Part shown: positions 1 through 9,718 of the stretch, piece after piece
How positions within the stretch are numbered: position 1 is the first letter of the stretch
Layout: every line of letters begins with the position of its first letter
From: Porphyridium purpureum
Taxonomy: Eukaryota
NCBI GenBank assembly: GCA_008690995.1
Contig: VRMN01000003.1
Coordinates: 1,736,001-1,800,000 of the forward strand
DNA length: 64,000 nt
Direction of reading: 5' to 3'
The notes under the pieces: generated by a model
Told to the model about the DNA's origin: nothing
Databases searched by the model: none
The model's input: only the letters and a program-made list of their open reading frames with translations
Translations under genes and position numbers: made by a program

Positions 1-766
1 AGGTGAGTAGATTCGCATGTTTGGGTAAAGAACGCATGATGTGCACCTCCCGCTCCAGAAGCTCGCGCTCGTCGTCGCTATGCGGCGCCATTCGCTTGAT
101 TGCCACAGCATGTTCCGAATTTCCCTTCGACTTCGCACGGTACACTTCTCCGAATGCGCCTTCGCCGATCAGCTGAAGATCTTCATAGAACAAATGGGGG
201 TCCATGTTAAGGGTGACCAAAGCACTTCCCGTCGGCTGCACGGCTGCTGCTGCTGCCACCTCGCGGTGCGTTTCACTTTCCCAGCTCTCCGCGACAAGGT
301 GTGCCCTCGTTTCCCAAACATCTTCCGCATTCAAAGCCAATGCGGCAGGCGAGCAGCGGAAACCGGGAAGAGCCGTCTCTGGAAGATCCATATCAGCCAG
401 CATCTGGTCCCCATGCGTCACGGAAACATCCATCACGTTTAGCGCGTGCATTGTTTCAGCGCCGGCCGCTCGCCGACGCGCATTTTTGCATGCTGGCGCA
501 GTCACAGTCATCCGTACGTGCCGCTCCTTTCGCTCGTCAAGTGCATGCATGCCCTTCTTCTGTCGGGTAACAGTCTTCGCAAGCGGCGCGTTTCTCGCCC
601 ACGTCGGTGGTGCATTTTCATCTGCAGCGCCGCGTTCACCTCGTGCGCTCTCCTTGTGCACAAAATTGTGCGCGTCCTTTCTATGCGTCACTGCTTCTGC
701 GGGCTCCGTAGGCCCAGATGGCCGCGCAGGTCCAAACAGAGAGCGATACAGCTCAAAGTCGTTCAT
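1..766 (-). CDS. Ser/Thr protein kinase, STE20/PAK-like (5' part; runs off the left edge of the window)
   Basis: Not in the ORF track. Manual translation of the minus frame from ATG at 766 gives ...DPHLFYEDLQLIGEGAFGEVYRAKSKGNSEHAVAIKRM...ELLEREVHIMRSLPKHANLL, containing the Gly-rich loop, VAIK lysine, helix C Glu and HxN. Confidence 0.85.
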   Translation of the reverse strand, partial: MNDFELYRSLFGPARPSGPTEPAEAVTHRKDAHNFVHKESARGERGAADENAPPTWARNAPLAKTVTRQKKGMHALDERKERHVRMTVTAPACKNARRRAAGAETMHALNVMDVSVTHGDQMLADMDLPETALPGFRCSPAALALNAEDVWETRAHLVAESWESETHREVAAAAAVQPTGSALVTLNMDPHLFYEDLQLIGEGAFGEVYRAKSKGNSEHAVAIKRMAPHSDDERELLEREVHIMRSLPKHANLLT

Positions 767-1191
767 GATTGATTGTCCTATCAGAGCTATCAGCGCTCGA
801 ACGCAGAAGGCCGCCTTCGTATCCGTCTACGTGCGTGAGCTTCTGCAAGGCTGCCTTCGTTCGTACTTTTTTCCGGTCCGGACTTTCGCGCACCTGCCAC
901 CATGCCACGATGGACCATTGCTCTTGTCGTCTTGTCGGCGTCCATGCTAGAGCGTTCTTTGTCCCATTCCAAAATTTCAAACCCGTTCGCGTGCGCAAAA
1001 GTTGACAGATGTAACGGACGGATGCTGTACCTCATGTAAGCATCTTACAAATTGGAGGTACACTATTTGTGTCTCGCAACAACACGAGATCGGCGCAAGT
1101 CGTGCAGGCTTCCCGTTTCCGCTCTGCAATAAGCTTTTGTGACTGATGCAATGCTCCACTCGCTGGGCTCCAAGCAAGCGTCCCCCACGAA

Positions 1192-2286
1192 TCAGGGCGA
1201 CATCTTGACACGCTTCGGCGCTTGGGCAATGGGGTCCTCAGAGTCTGCAAAGGTACTTGTATCTCTGGATTCTGATGGACCAAGAATTTGCCCCTGAGTT
1301 CCGTTGGTGCCAGAAGGAACAGCACCCTCACCAGTCGGGGAAGACTCTAGATTCATCGGAATCGCCAGATCGGAATCTGCAACACTTTGTACCTTCTCGC
1401 TCGGCAATGGAGCGGCTGGAGATTTTGGTGGAACCATATCGGCCGTATCACGATGCTCATTGCCCAACGCGTTGTTCGGTGCCGATGGAAGCGAGCACGC
1501 ACCCGGACTTAAGCCAGTATCCCCTTGATGAACCGCGCTGCTTTTCGAGTCCCCCGCAGGCCCACCATGTCCTTCTGGTTCCACTTTTACGTGTGCAGAG
1601 GCGTCCAGCTGTGCCTCGGTCTGCTCGTCGGCCTGTGTGGGGTCTGAAACCGACGCGCGAACAAGCACTGCGGACGCGCTGCCGCTCATTTGCGCGGCCT
1701 CGTCTTTAATCGGGGCCGAAGTAGCGGCACCGGGACTGAGAGCGGGGACATGTGATTCCTGTTTCAAAGGAACGTGAGATTCGGTCGCTGTGTGTTCCTG
1801 TCTCCGTGCGCACCATTGCGCAAATGCTGAGGCAGAGGCACTCCTCTGACGCAGCGCAAGCGCAGAGACAGCGCCCGAGTTCACGCCAGCGGATTGCTGG
1901 AAACTTTCGTACAAATACTCGCAGTACAGCTCAACCGTCCTGTTCAAGACGGCGGAGGCGCGCTCCGACTCGACAAATCCGTGTACTGCGTCGCGCGCAT
2001 CTGCAAACTCCTTCGAACCACGAAAATGACGCCGCAGTGCCGACCCCAGCTCAGACTTGCTGCCTGGCACCACACCTTGTTCCATCATCCTGTCCACGGC
2101 CTGGCCCAACACTTTCTTCGCATCTTGGATCAGATCGTGCCGCACGGGCTCGACACATTGCTCAACCAGAGCTTCCCACGCCGTCCCTGCGCCCGCGACT
2201 GCAACGGACGGTCCGCGTTCAAGCACGCCAGACGGACCGAATGCCGACCGTGCCAACGCCGCATGGAACTCTGCGTCTTTCTCCAT
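1192..2286 (-). CDS. hypothetical protein (helical N-terminus, low-complexity C-terminus, terminal PKRVK NLS-like motif)
   Basis: Long ORF (1192..2352 in the track); ATG MEKDAEFH at 2286; protein-like composition; head-to-head with AFG1. Confidence 0.6.
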   Translation of the reverse strand: MEKDAEFHAALARSAFGPSGVLERGPSVAVAGAGTAWEALVEQCVEPVRHDLIQDAKKVLGQAVDRMMEQGVVPGSKSELGSALRRHFRGSKEFADARDAVHGFVESERASAVLNRTVELYCEYLYESFQQSAGVNSGAVSALALRQRSASASAFAQWCARRQEHTATESHVPLKQESHVPALSPGAATSAPIKDEAAQMSGSASAVLVRASVSDPTQADEQTEAQLDASAHVKVEPEGHGGPAGDSKSSAVHQGDTGLSPGACSLPSAPNNALGNEHRDTADMVPPKSPAAPLPSEKVQSVADSDLAIPMNLESSPTGEGAVPSGTNGTQGQILGPSESRDTSTFADSEDPIAQAPKRVKMSP

Positions 2287-2360
2287 TCTCCTCGATGCCC
2301 AGACTAACAAGTCCCAAAACTTGCTGCTGCAGAAAAGCACAGATATCTGCACAGACAGTC

Positions 2361-3794
2361 ATGAGCTCGATGGTTGGCTTGCGACGAGGATGTAGTTCCT
2401 CGTCGTTTGGATGGCACATCGCGCTACGCACCATTTGTCGGCATGCCGATTCCGAGCGCGGCAAGCGGATTCGATTACGGCACAACTCGGTTGGGAACAA
2501 CGAAGCAAGTTCGGCTTGGTCGAGCTTTAGGTGCAAGTACGAGGAGCTGGTGCACTCGGGTAAGTTACGCAGTGATGCGGCGCAGAGAACAGCGGTGGAC
2601 GTGTTTGACAACACATTCCGTCAGCTGGCCGAATCAGCCGGGCGGAGATCGCAGGGATCAAGATCAGTGCTAAGCCGATTCGCAAGCTGGGTTGGAGGCA
2701 CGTCGTCTGGCGCGGCGAAAGTGCCTGGTGTGTACATATATGGCGGCGTGGGGTGCGGTAAAACCATGCTCATGGACATCTTTTATGACCAAGTTGACTC
2801 TGTCAGCAAGCAACGCGAACACTTTCATGAATTTATGATCGACTTCCACTCCCGTGTTCACCAATTGCGATCGCGGTCCGCGAAGGTGAAGGCCGGCGAT
2901 CGTGGGGATGCACTGGAACGGTTGTGCGATAGCTACGTGCAGGACTTTCAGCTGTTGTGCCTTGACGAATTTCAGGTCACAGACATTGCAGATGCCGTGG
3001 TGCTGAAAAAGCTGTTCTCAGGACTTTTCGAGCGTGGACTGGTGCTTGTTGCAACGTCAAATCGCGCACCGGACGAGTTGTATCTCAATGGCATTCAACG
3101 GGAACTCTTCCTTCCCTTTATTCCCCTTCTCAAGAGCCATTGCCACGTTCACCGCGTGACGTCTGGTACAGACTACAGATTGGCGGGCAATCGTGTCGAA
3201 AGTTTGTACGTGGTGTCGACGCCGGGCGCCAGCAATACAGTGGCTGAAGCAGACGCACATGTTGAGCGGCTTTTTGAAAAGCTGGCTTTCCCTTCGAGAC
3301 CAGCGGCTAGGAAGCTCGCCGTGGAGATGGGGCGAACACTCACTGTCCCTTTGTGTGCAAGCGACGCCGCCTTGTTCGACTTTGAGGATTTATGCGAAAG
3401 GCCATTGTCAGCGACAGATTATTTGGCGCTTTGTCAAAATTTACATACGCTTTGCATCAAGGGAATTCCCGTGCTAAGGGTGCTATCAGACCGAAATGTC
3501 GCGCGCCGTTTTATTACGCTGGTGGACGAGATGTATGAACACCGCGTGAAGCTGATTTGCTCTGCCGCAGCATCTCCAACGATGCTGTTTGATTTTGAAG
3601 AGTACTCTGGTGACCGCCAGCATGCGCCAGAGGAAGTTTTTGCTGCCGATCGAACGGTGTCGCGCTTGTTGGAAATGCAGACTTCCGAGTACCTCGAGAC
3701 GCCGTGGCGTCATGAGGACCGCCAGAGCCAAGCGTTTGCGGGCGTGAATCCGTTCGAGAATGTGTCGAAGAAGGCAGAGCTAGATGCTCTGTGA
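2361..3794 (+). CDS. AFG1: AFG1/LACE1/ZapE-family ATPase, mitochondrial
   Basis: GVYIYGGVGCGKTMLMDIF (Walker A), HFHEFM, LLCLDEFQVTDIADA (Walker B), ATSNRAPDELY, RRFITLVDEMYE, FAADRTVSRLLEMQ; Arg/Ser-rich presequence after the ATG at 2361. Confidence 0.92.
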   Translation: MSSMVGLRRGCSSSSFGWHIALRTICRHADSERGKRIRLRHNSVGNNEASSAWSSFRCKYEELVHSGKLRSDAAQRTAVDVFDNTFRQLAESAGRRSQGSRSVLSRFASWVGGTSSGAAKVPGVYIYGGVGCGKTMLMDIFYDQVDSVSKQREHFHEFMIDFHSRVHQLRSRSAKVKAGDRGDALERLCDSYVQDFQLLCLDEFQVTDIADAVVLKKLFSGLFERGLVLVATSNRAPDELYLNGIQRELFLPFIPLLKSHCHVHRVTSGTDYRLAGNRVESLYVVSTPGASNTVAEADAHVERLFEKLAFPSRPAARKLAVEMGRTLTVPLCASDAALFDFEDLCERPLSATDYLALCQNLHTLCIKGIPVLRVLSDRNVARRFITLVDEMYEHRVKLICSAAASPTMLFDFEEYSGDRQHAPEEVFAADRTVSRLLEMQTSEYLETPWRHEDRQSQAFAGVNPFENVSKKAELDAL

Positions 3795-3869
3795 GAGAAA
3801 ACGAATTAGAAATACGGGAGTCCGATGAAGCGACGATTTGCATACACCTCATGTATCAATTAATACTGG

Positions 3870-5018
3870 CTAACGTGTCTCGTCGTCATCGACTAAGGGA
3901 TAGAACAGAAAGACGCGGCTCTCGCTATTCTTCCACGCTGCTGTGAGCAAGCGCGCTTCCGCGTATGTGAGATTATTGACTTTCTGGGTGGCAAGCACTC
4001 TGCCGAGTGCGTGCAAAAACACTGCGTGGCTGATGACCACTACTTCATTCTCCGGCTGAAGCAAGAGGAACTCGACAAATCGTCTCACGCGATCTTCGAG
4101 CAGAATTTGGCTTTCAATCCATGTACGCCACACCTTGAAGCCGCCATGGTATGTACCGAATACGCGGGTTTTGCGGTGCTCAGACTGCGTACCGGCCTTG
4201 TTCTGCGCCCAAAGCACATCTTGCTCATAGTCGACACTCGAAAAATCAAACCCGAAAGGCTCAAACTCGTTCCGCAGCTCGGAAAGGGGCCGACGAGTAT
4301 CACAGAAATGAGTGCTGATTTCCTCTCGACAGAGCTCCGTAGAAACTTTGCGCAGCGGAGGTCGCTTGCGATCGGATCCGTTCGAGCCAGACGTGTACTC
4401 ATCCAGCCGCGCCGCGTAGATGTTACACGCTGTCTGCAAGGCACGCGTCAAGGTCGAGGTGATCAAAAGATCGGGCTTGCAAATCTCGCCCTCGTTTTCC
4501 AATCCAATTTGAAGCTTAGCGCACTGCGCAAGGCCCTTGGCTGTCAGCCGAGCGTCGGTCTGCGCGGGATTGTTGAAGTCCAGTGTGGCGTTATGTGTTC
4601 CATTTCCGTGCCGAATGAAGCGCACACGCTTGGGCTGCTGCGCGAAGCGTTTGCCTGGCGGCAGGTGAGTTGCGTCCGGCGTTGTTGCCGTAATTACCGA
4701 GTCCACAGTGACGCGGTAGTCCAAGCCAAGCAGCGGATCTTTCAGCCGCTGACCATCCGACTTGCGCAGTGCTTCTTCCTCATTCTGTGTCCCGACTTGC
4801 TGCTCAACCTCTGCTGCCGCACCCATCATCTTGCACCTCTCGCCATGACCTCCCGTCACCGGCACGTGCTGATGCTTTTCCAGAGCAGACGCGCTATTCG
4901 TCCGCTGACCATTCCCGCCGCCGCTGGCTCTGTGCCACAACCACCCCCAAATGAACCCAAGCATCTCTGGATGGTGTTCCTGCCGCCGATGCGAGCCCAC
5001 CTTGTAATCAGCAGCCAT
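3870..5018 (-). CDS. histidine phosphatase / phosphoglycerate mutase-like protein
   Basis: VRFIRHGNGTHN (RHG motif), DARLTAKGLAQC, STLTRALQTA, VVVISHAVFL. Confidence 0.85.
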   Translation of the reverse strand: MAADYKVGSHRRQEHHPEMLGFIWGWLWHRASGGGNGQRTNSASALEKHQHVPVTGGHGERCKMMGAAAEVEQQVGTQNEEEALRKSDGQRLKDPLLGLDYRVTVDSVITATTPDATHLPPGKRFAQQPKRVRFIRHGNGTHNATLDFNNPAQTDARLTAKGLAQCAKLQIGLENEGEICKPDLLITSTLTRALQTACNIYAARLDEYTSGSNGSDRKRPPLRKVSTELCREEISTHFCDTRRPLSELRNEFEPFGFDFSSVDYEQDVLWAQNKAGTQSEHRKTRVFGTYHGGFKVWRTWIESQILLEDRVRRFVEFLLLQPENEVVVISHAVFLHALGRVLATQKVNNLTYAEARLLTAAWKNSESRVFLFYPLVDDDETR

Positions 5019-5649
5019 CCGCCTTCCTCGGCTCCTAAACTACCAGACCCAGTGTGCAATCGTCCTTCTGAGGAGCAAGGTACACGACCAATGCGCGGTG
5101 TCTCTCTACCTCTCGCCACCAAAAGACTTTGGACGTGAGTGAGAGCCGAAGAGGAAGTACACAATTAAGAACGCAAGAGCATATCTCGGCATGTGTGCCT
5201 CTCGCGCGCCGCCTGAATTATGTACCTCGGACGAGCACGTGCCGTGGAGTTTAGCGGACTCCAGGTCAATCCGACGATACCATGACCGCGCGGCTCGCCC
5301 CCCTTTGTTCCATGTGGAAACTCACGTTCCCACCAATCGGCCGAATCTCGCCCGCCTCTTTTTTTCTTGGAGAAAATACGTTCGGGTGCTCGGAAGTGTA
5401 CCTTAATGCGCTTCGGCCGGTTTACTGTGATAGTGTACAGTGATGTCGTATCGGTTCGGATGTCGCAAGCGGTTGCGCCGGGAAGGACAGAGGGACGCAC
5501 CTAGTTTTGGCGAGCTGGTATGGCGAGTGGTAGGCCAGCGCTGGGTTCCGAAGGAGTCAGTATGGAAGGCGCTTCAAATTAGTGTTCTGAGCCGTGCCGC
5601 ATCTGTTGCAATGGAGAAAACACGCGTTATCGAGTAATGTGTGTTGTGA

Positions 5650-6100
5650 CTGTGATAACGAGCTCGAAGTGGTGTTCGACTTCGAATGTCTGCTGCACCT
5701 TCGATGCGCACACGCACGTGAAGTCGAAAGGGCATTGGATTTGTGTCGTCAAGTGCTCAAACATTGTGCAAAATGACACCACGTTCGAGACTCTCGCGAT
5801 CTGAAAATCGAGGGCCAGGAGGCCCGATGCAGTGACGGGCAAATGACTGGGACTCTAGCACGCCCGCGCGTTCTCTCGTGTGTTGCGGCGCGTGAACATG
5901 CCTGTGCCGACGATAAAATGTCAAATAACAAAGACGAGTTCAACCCGCTTGGACACGGAAAAAGTGTTTGCCAGACCACGCCCGTTTGGTGCAGTACCCA
6001 GAACGGCACCTCGCTTCAGCGCTGCAGCGCGCTCTTCAAGCATATCCGATTGCAGCCGGAAACGCGTTCCACGACGCTGTCAATTTTGCTAGACGTGGAG
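5650..6100 (+). mobile_element. decayed Ty1/copia-like integrase fragment
   Basis: LLHLRCAH resembles the GAG-pre-integrase LWHxRLGH motif. NKDEFNPLGHGKSVCQTTPVWCSTQNGTSLQRCSALFKHIRL resembles the rve motif EF...G..HQTT.PYTPQQNG.AER.NRTL. The reading frame is broken. Confidence 0.45.
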
Positions 6101-6821
6101 CCGGAGTCCGCATCGGCGCGTTGTGGTGCTGCGGAACGAGTTGAGTGCCGCGCCCGGATCGATCCGACATCACTGCGTGATTAGGGTTTCTGGCAACGCG
6201 CGCGTCTGTGTGTGTTTCAAATGCTTGCGGCAGCCGGGTATTCCATGTGAGCAATTCAAAAGAGCGCAACGAGATAAGAAGGACTGGCCGATTTTGATAG
6301 CAAGGCGGCAAACGCTGGGGGCGGGGGGCGTGGGGGTTGATGGTGTTGCGGTGTTTGGCACGTGGGGGTGGGTGTGTTCGTGCGTGCATCTTGGTCAAGG
6401 CGGTCCTTGATTGTGAGGGGGTGGGGAGAGAAGAAGAGAGACGACAGAGCGCGCGCGACGCGGCAGGGTCAAGCGTGTAGAGAGGGAGGACCGCGTGCGC
6501 GTGCTCGTGTAAAAAGTGCGCGCCGCAAGGTTCATTTCCGACGTGCGTGCGGGTTGGGAAATTGGCGGGTTGTTGTTGGTTTTTTTTCTTTCTTTCTACG
6601 GGAGTAAGGGATTGAGTGCGAGCGAGATAGCTCGTGTGAGGACGTGGTGCTCGCGCCGCCGGTCTGCGTGGAGGAAGAAGAGCCGTTGCGGCGTGAATCG
6701 AGTGGAGGGGAAGAAGGAGAGGGAGGAGGAACGGAGAAGAGACTCCGGCAGATCACACAGAACAGATACGACGGGAAATCTTCTGTGCGGTTGGTCCGGA
6801 GACGAGTCTGGTCCCTGGAGC

Positions 6822-9005
6822 ATGCCAGGGACAGCGGCGGAGCAGTCAGCGAATGGTGGCTTGCACTCCGCCGCTCCTAGAGACGCAGGACGTACGGCTT
6901 CTCTCCAGCCGATCAAGCCATCCTCCATGGCCTCGGATCGAGCCAGCGTTGCGGCCACTCGCGTGGATGGAGCCCCAAATGCAGGATCCGCCACGCTTCG
7001 TGTCTCAGTTGATGAGCCATATTATCTCCCTGGCTCGCGGTTCAGCGCGTCAGTCGTAATCCGGTACTCAAACCCGGAGCTCATCTCGCTCGACTCTTCG
7101 CTTTCTTCTTCCGACTCGGGTGTGCCGACAGAAGGGGTACCAACTCTGCAGCTCAGCGGCGACAGTATAAGCATACCAAACGAAGGCTCTGGCAATGCCA
7201 CCCCCAGCTTTCCGATACTAGGAGATGCGGCGATGAAGCTGGAGGCGCGACGGCCAGAGATCTCACCGGTGTGGATTGCGCCGAGGGAAGTCCCGACGCC
7301 CAAGACCCCCCTGCAAGGCTCAAACCAGCGCCTGTCGTTGAGTATCTCGGTTGCGAACGCAGCGCCTGGGAGCGCTCTTTTGTCGGCCAGGACACCGAGT
7401 CTTGTTTTCGGCGGGAGTAACACCGGAGTGAACTCGCAATCGAAGGGAGCGGAACGGACAAGACATGTCCTTAAGGTTGAGATGGTTGCGGCCGAAATAC
7501 TAGGTCGATGGGGCGCCGACCGTGCTTGGATTGCGCCGAATGGGCACGGTTCTTTCGATCGCAATGCAGTGCTTTCCTCTGGCGGGATGAATGGAAGCCG
7601 CGAATCTGGCATCAATTCACCCATGAGGGCGCCCTTGGGTGGGGATAATTTGGATGGTAAGAGTCCGGCGTGGCGAGAGGCGCTCGATGACATTGCGTTG
7701 ACAGGGAAAGAGGGTGATCCGTACTGCGGTTTCATATTCCGATCGCAGCCTCACGTCATCGCAACCCGAGAGACCGTAGGCTTGGGCTCGCAGGTTTCGT
7801 TTCGTGTTCATTGCTTGCTGCCGAATTCTATCCCGCCCACGTTTCGTGGCGTCGCGATGCGATACACGTATTCTCTCTCACTGGTTGTCGTGTTAAATGG
7901 GGGCTTGCCAAAGACTCTGAGAGTTCCGTTTCGCGTGCTTGTGCCAGGCATGCATGACGCGTCGGGTTCGCCTCAATTGAAGATGATTCCCGTGCCTTTG
8001 GCGCTCCCTGCGTTTCGTGTGCCAAACCTGCTGCTTGAAAGCACGCATCCGTCTCCTCTGCAGCTTGTGTCGCAACCTCTGAACTTTGCTGGTGATCACG
8101 AAAACCTGCAAGAGATGATCGCGGTGTCGCTGAACGGGCGTCTGTCGGCGTATCGAACGGACGCCGAACTGTGGAAGAACAATTTGTTGGACGATTCCCA
8201 ATCGTCAATAGCCGCAGAATTGGAGGCCGAAATGCGAGCGCGTCGCTCCTCTGTGCTTCCACGCAAGTCAAGTGGGGGTGACGGCGAGTCAGAGGTAGCG
8301 TCGCAAAAATCTGGAAATGTAGCAGGCCAGATAGGACAAGGTCTGAGTGCGCCAATGCCTCCTGCTGGTGAGCTCGCCCCGCCGCGGTCGTCGCCCGTGT
8401 ACAGAATTTCGTTTGGGAGCAAGTTACTCGTGCTGATCCATCTAGTGGATCGAATGCACCGACTAGGCGATACACTCGGGGCCGTGCTCGACTATTCACA
8501 AGCGAGCTGGCCGTGTCACAAAGTGGAAGCGCGGTTAGAAGTCCAGGAGGTTTTGCTGCCAAAGAAGGCGCGTGGTAGCAAAGAGGGTCGTGCCGTATCA
8601 GGTGAGGGTGTGATGTTCCGGCGGACGTACGGCGAGTTTGTTGAAAAGGCACTGAATTGCGAAAGCACCCATTTTCTGTGCGGAATTCCACACGACGCGC
8701 CGGTGAGCTTCTCGACTGATGTGGTGGCGGTCCGCTGGTTCATGCACTTCAAATTCTGGACGCCGAGCGAGGCGACAGTCGCTGCGCTGGTCCGACAGGG
8801 AGCAGCGACTGGGAATGAGGGAGTGCACAGTTTGGGCGCGGCATCACAGGACATTTTGCCTGGCGTTGAGCGACTATTTGTGGAGGACCAGCACTTTCAA
8901 GAGCAGAACATGGAGGTCTTGTCGTGGTCGCTGCCCATCCACGTATCGGCAGGCAACCGGGACTCGTTCCTGACCGTTCCGTGTACCAGTATAAAACTAA
9001 GCTAA
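6822..9005 (+). CDS. RGP1: RGP1 (Ric1-Rgp1 Rab6/Ypt6 GEF subunit)
   Basis: LPNSIPPTFRGVAMRYTYSL, RLGDTLGAVLDY, IPHDAPVSFSTDVVAVRWFMHFKF and LSWSLPIHV match Rgp1 conserved blocks; ATG at 6822. Confidence 0.8.
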   Translation: MPGTAAEQSANGGLHSAAPRDAGRTASLQPIKPSSMASDRASVAATRVDGAPNAGSATLRVSVDEPYYLPGSRFSASVVIRYSNPELISLDSSLSSSDSGVPTEGVPTLQLSGDSISIPNEGSGNATPSFPILGDAAMKLEARRPEISPVWIAPREVPTPKTPLQGSNQRLSLSISVANAAPGSALLSARTPSLVFGGSNTGVNSQSKGAERTRHVLKVEMVAAEILGRWGADRAWIAPNGHGSFDRNAVLSSGGMNGSRESGINSPMRAPLGGDNLDGKSPAWREALDDIALTGKEGDPYCGFIFRSQPHVIATRETVGLGSQVSFRVHCLLPNSIPPTFRGVAMRYTYSLSLVVVLNGGLPKTLRVPFRVLVPGMHDASGSPQLKMIPVPLALPAFRVPNLLLESTHPSPLQLVSQPLNFAGDHENLQEMIAVSLNGRLSAYRTDAELWKNNLLDDSQSSIAAELEAEMRARRSSVLPRKSSGGDGESEVASQKSGNVAGQIGQGLSAPMPPAGELAPPRSSPVYRISFGSKLLVLIHLVDRMHRLGDTLGAVLDYSQASWPCHKVEARLEVQEVLLPKKARGSKEGRAVSGEGVMFRRTYGEFVEKALNCESTHFLCGIPHDAPVSFSTDVVAVRWFMHFKFWTPSEATVAALVRQGAATGNEGVHSLGAASQDILPGVERLFVEDQHFQEQNMEVLSWSLPIHVSAGNRDSFLTVPCTSIKLS

Positions 9006-9718
9006 CAATCTTTTTTTTTTGAAGCCGCGATAAAGTTGAATTCGAAACCTGGATTTGTAGATCCTCGGATGATTGTGTCGATAGGGCTTACGAAGGACGT
9101 GCCGAATCTTCGCGCGCGCGGAGCACCGGCTGTGGACGCGCCACAGCGTCGGCCTTCATTCTGACTTGGCGAGCCATTGCACGGATGAAGACTCGCTGGC
9201 CGCTCATGTACTGGCAATACTGGAATTCGTCGAGCTGCTCATGCTTGAACTCCGCTGAGGTGCTCCTCTGCACGCGAGCGCATGACCTAGCCGTAGCGCG
9301 CACACGCGCCTCGCTCGTTACCAGGTCTTCTTGCGTTTCGGTTGAGCCGTTTCTGTGACGCGCGAAACCCTAAAATCTGCGGCCACGATCTCGCGTTGTG
9401 CAGCGAGCGCATTACCGCATTCCACGTGTGCCCAGACTCGGCGCGTTTCAGTGCACACGTGGTGTGCCATTGCATTGCAATGGCGTGTGTACAGCGAGGG
9501 TGTTCAGTGCGCGTCGTGTGGTGGTGGTGTTCTCAGATCACATTTCGTGTGTGTGTTTGTGTGACAGGCGGCAACGCATCGAGAGAAGCTGTGAGGTGGG
9601 AAGAGAGGGAGAGAGAGGAGCAGGTGACGCGTGTGTGCGTGTTGAGAAAAGTTTGGTGAGGCATAGAGTCTATCTACATACAATCGGCGTTTTGGGGTAA
9701 GCGCGAGCTCTACTTGGA

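Noticed and set aside
1752..2360. N-terminal extension of the 680-aa AFG1 ORF; similar extensions on RGP1, DOA10, DDM1, RNR1 and RPN11
   Set aside because: Produced by non-ATG starts in the ORF track; they overlap neighbouring genes, promoters or microsatellites.
4011..5138. 375-aa plus-strand ORF
   Set aside because: Shadow of the histidine phosphatase gene on the minus strand.
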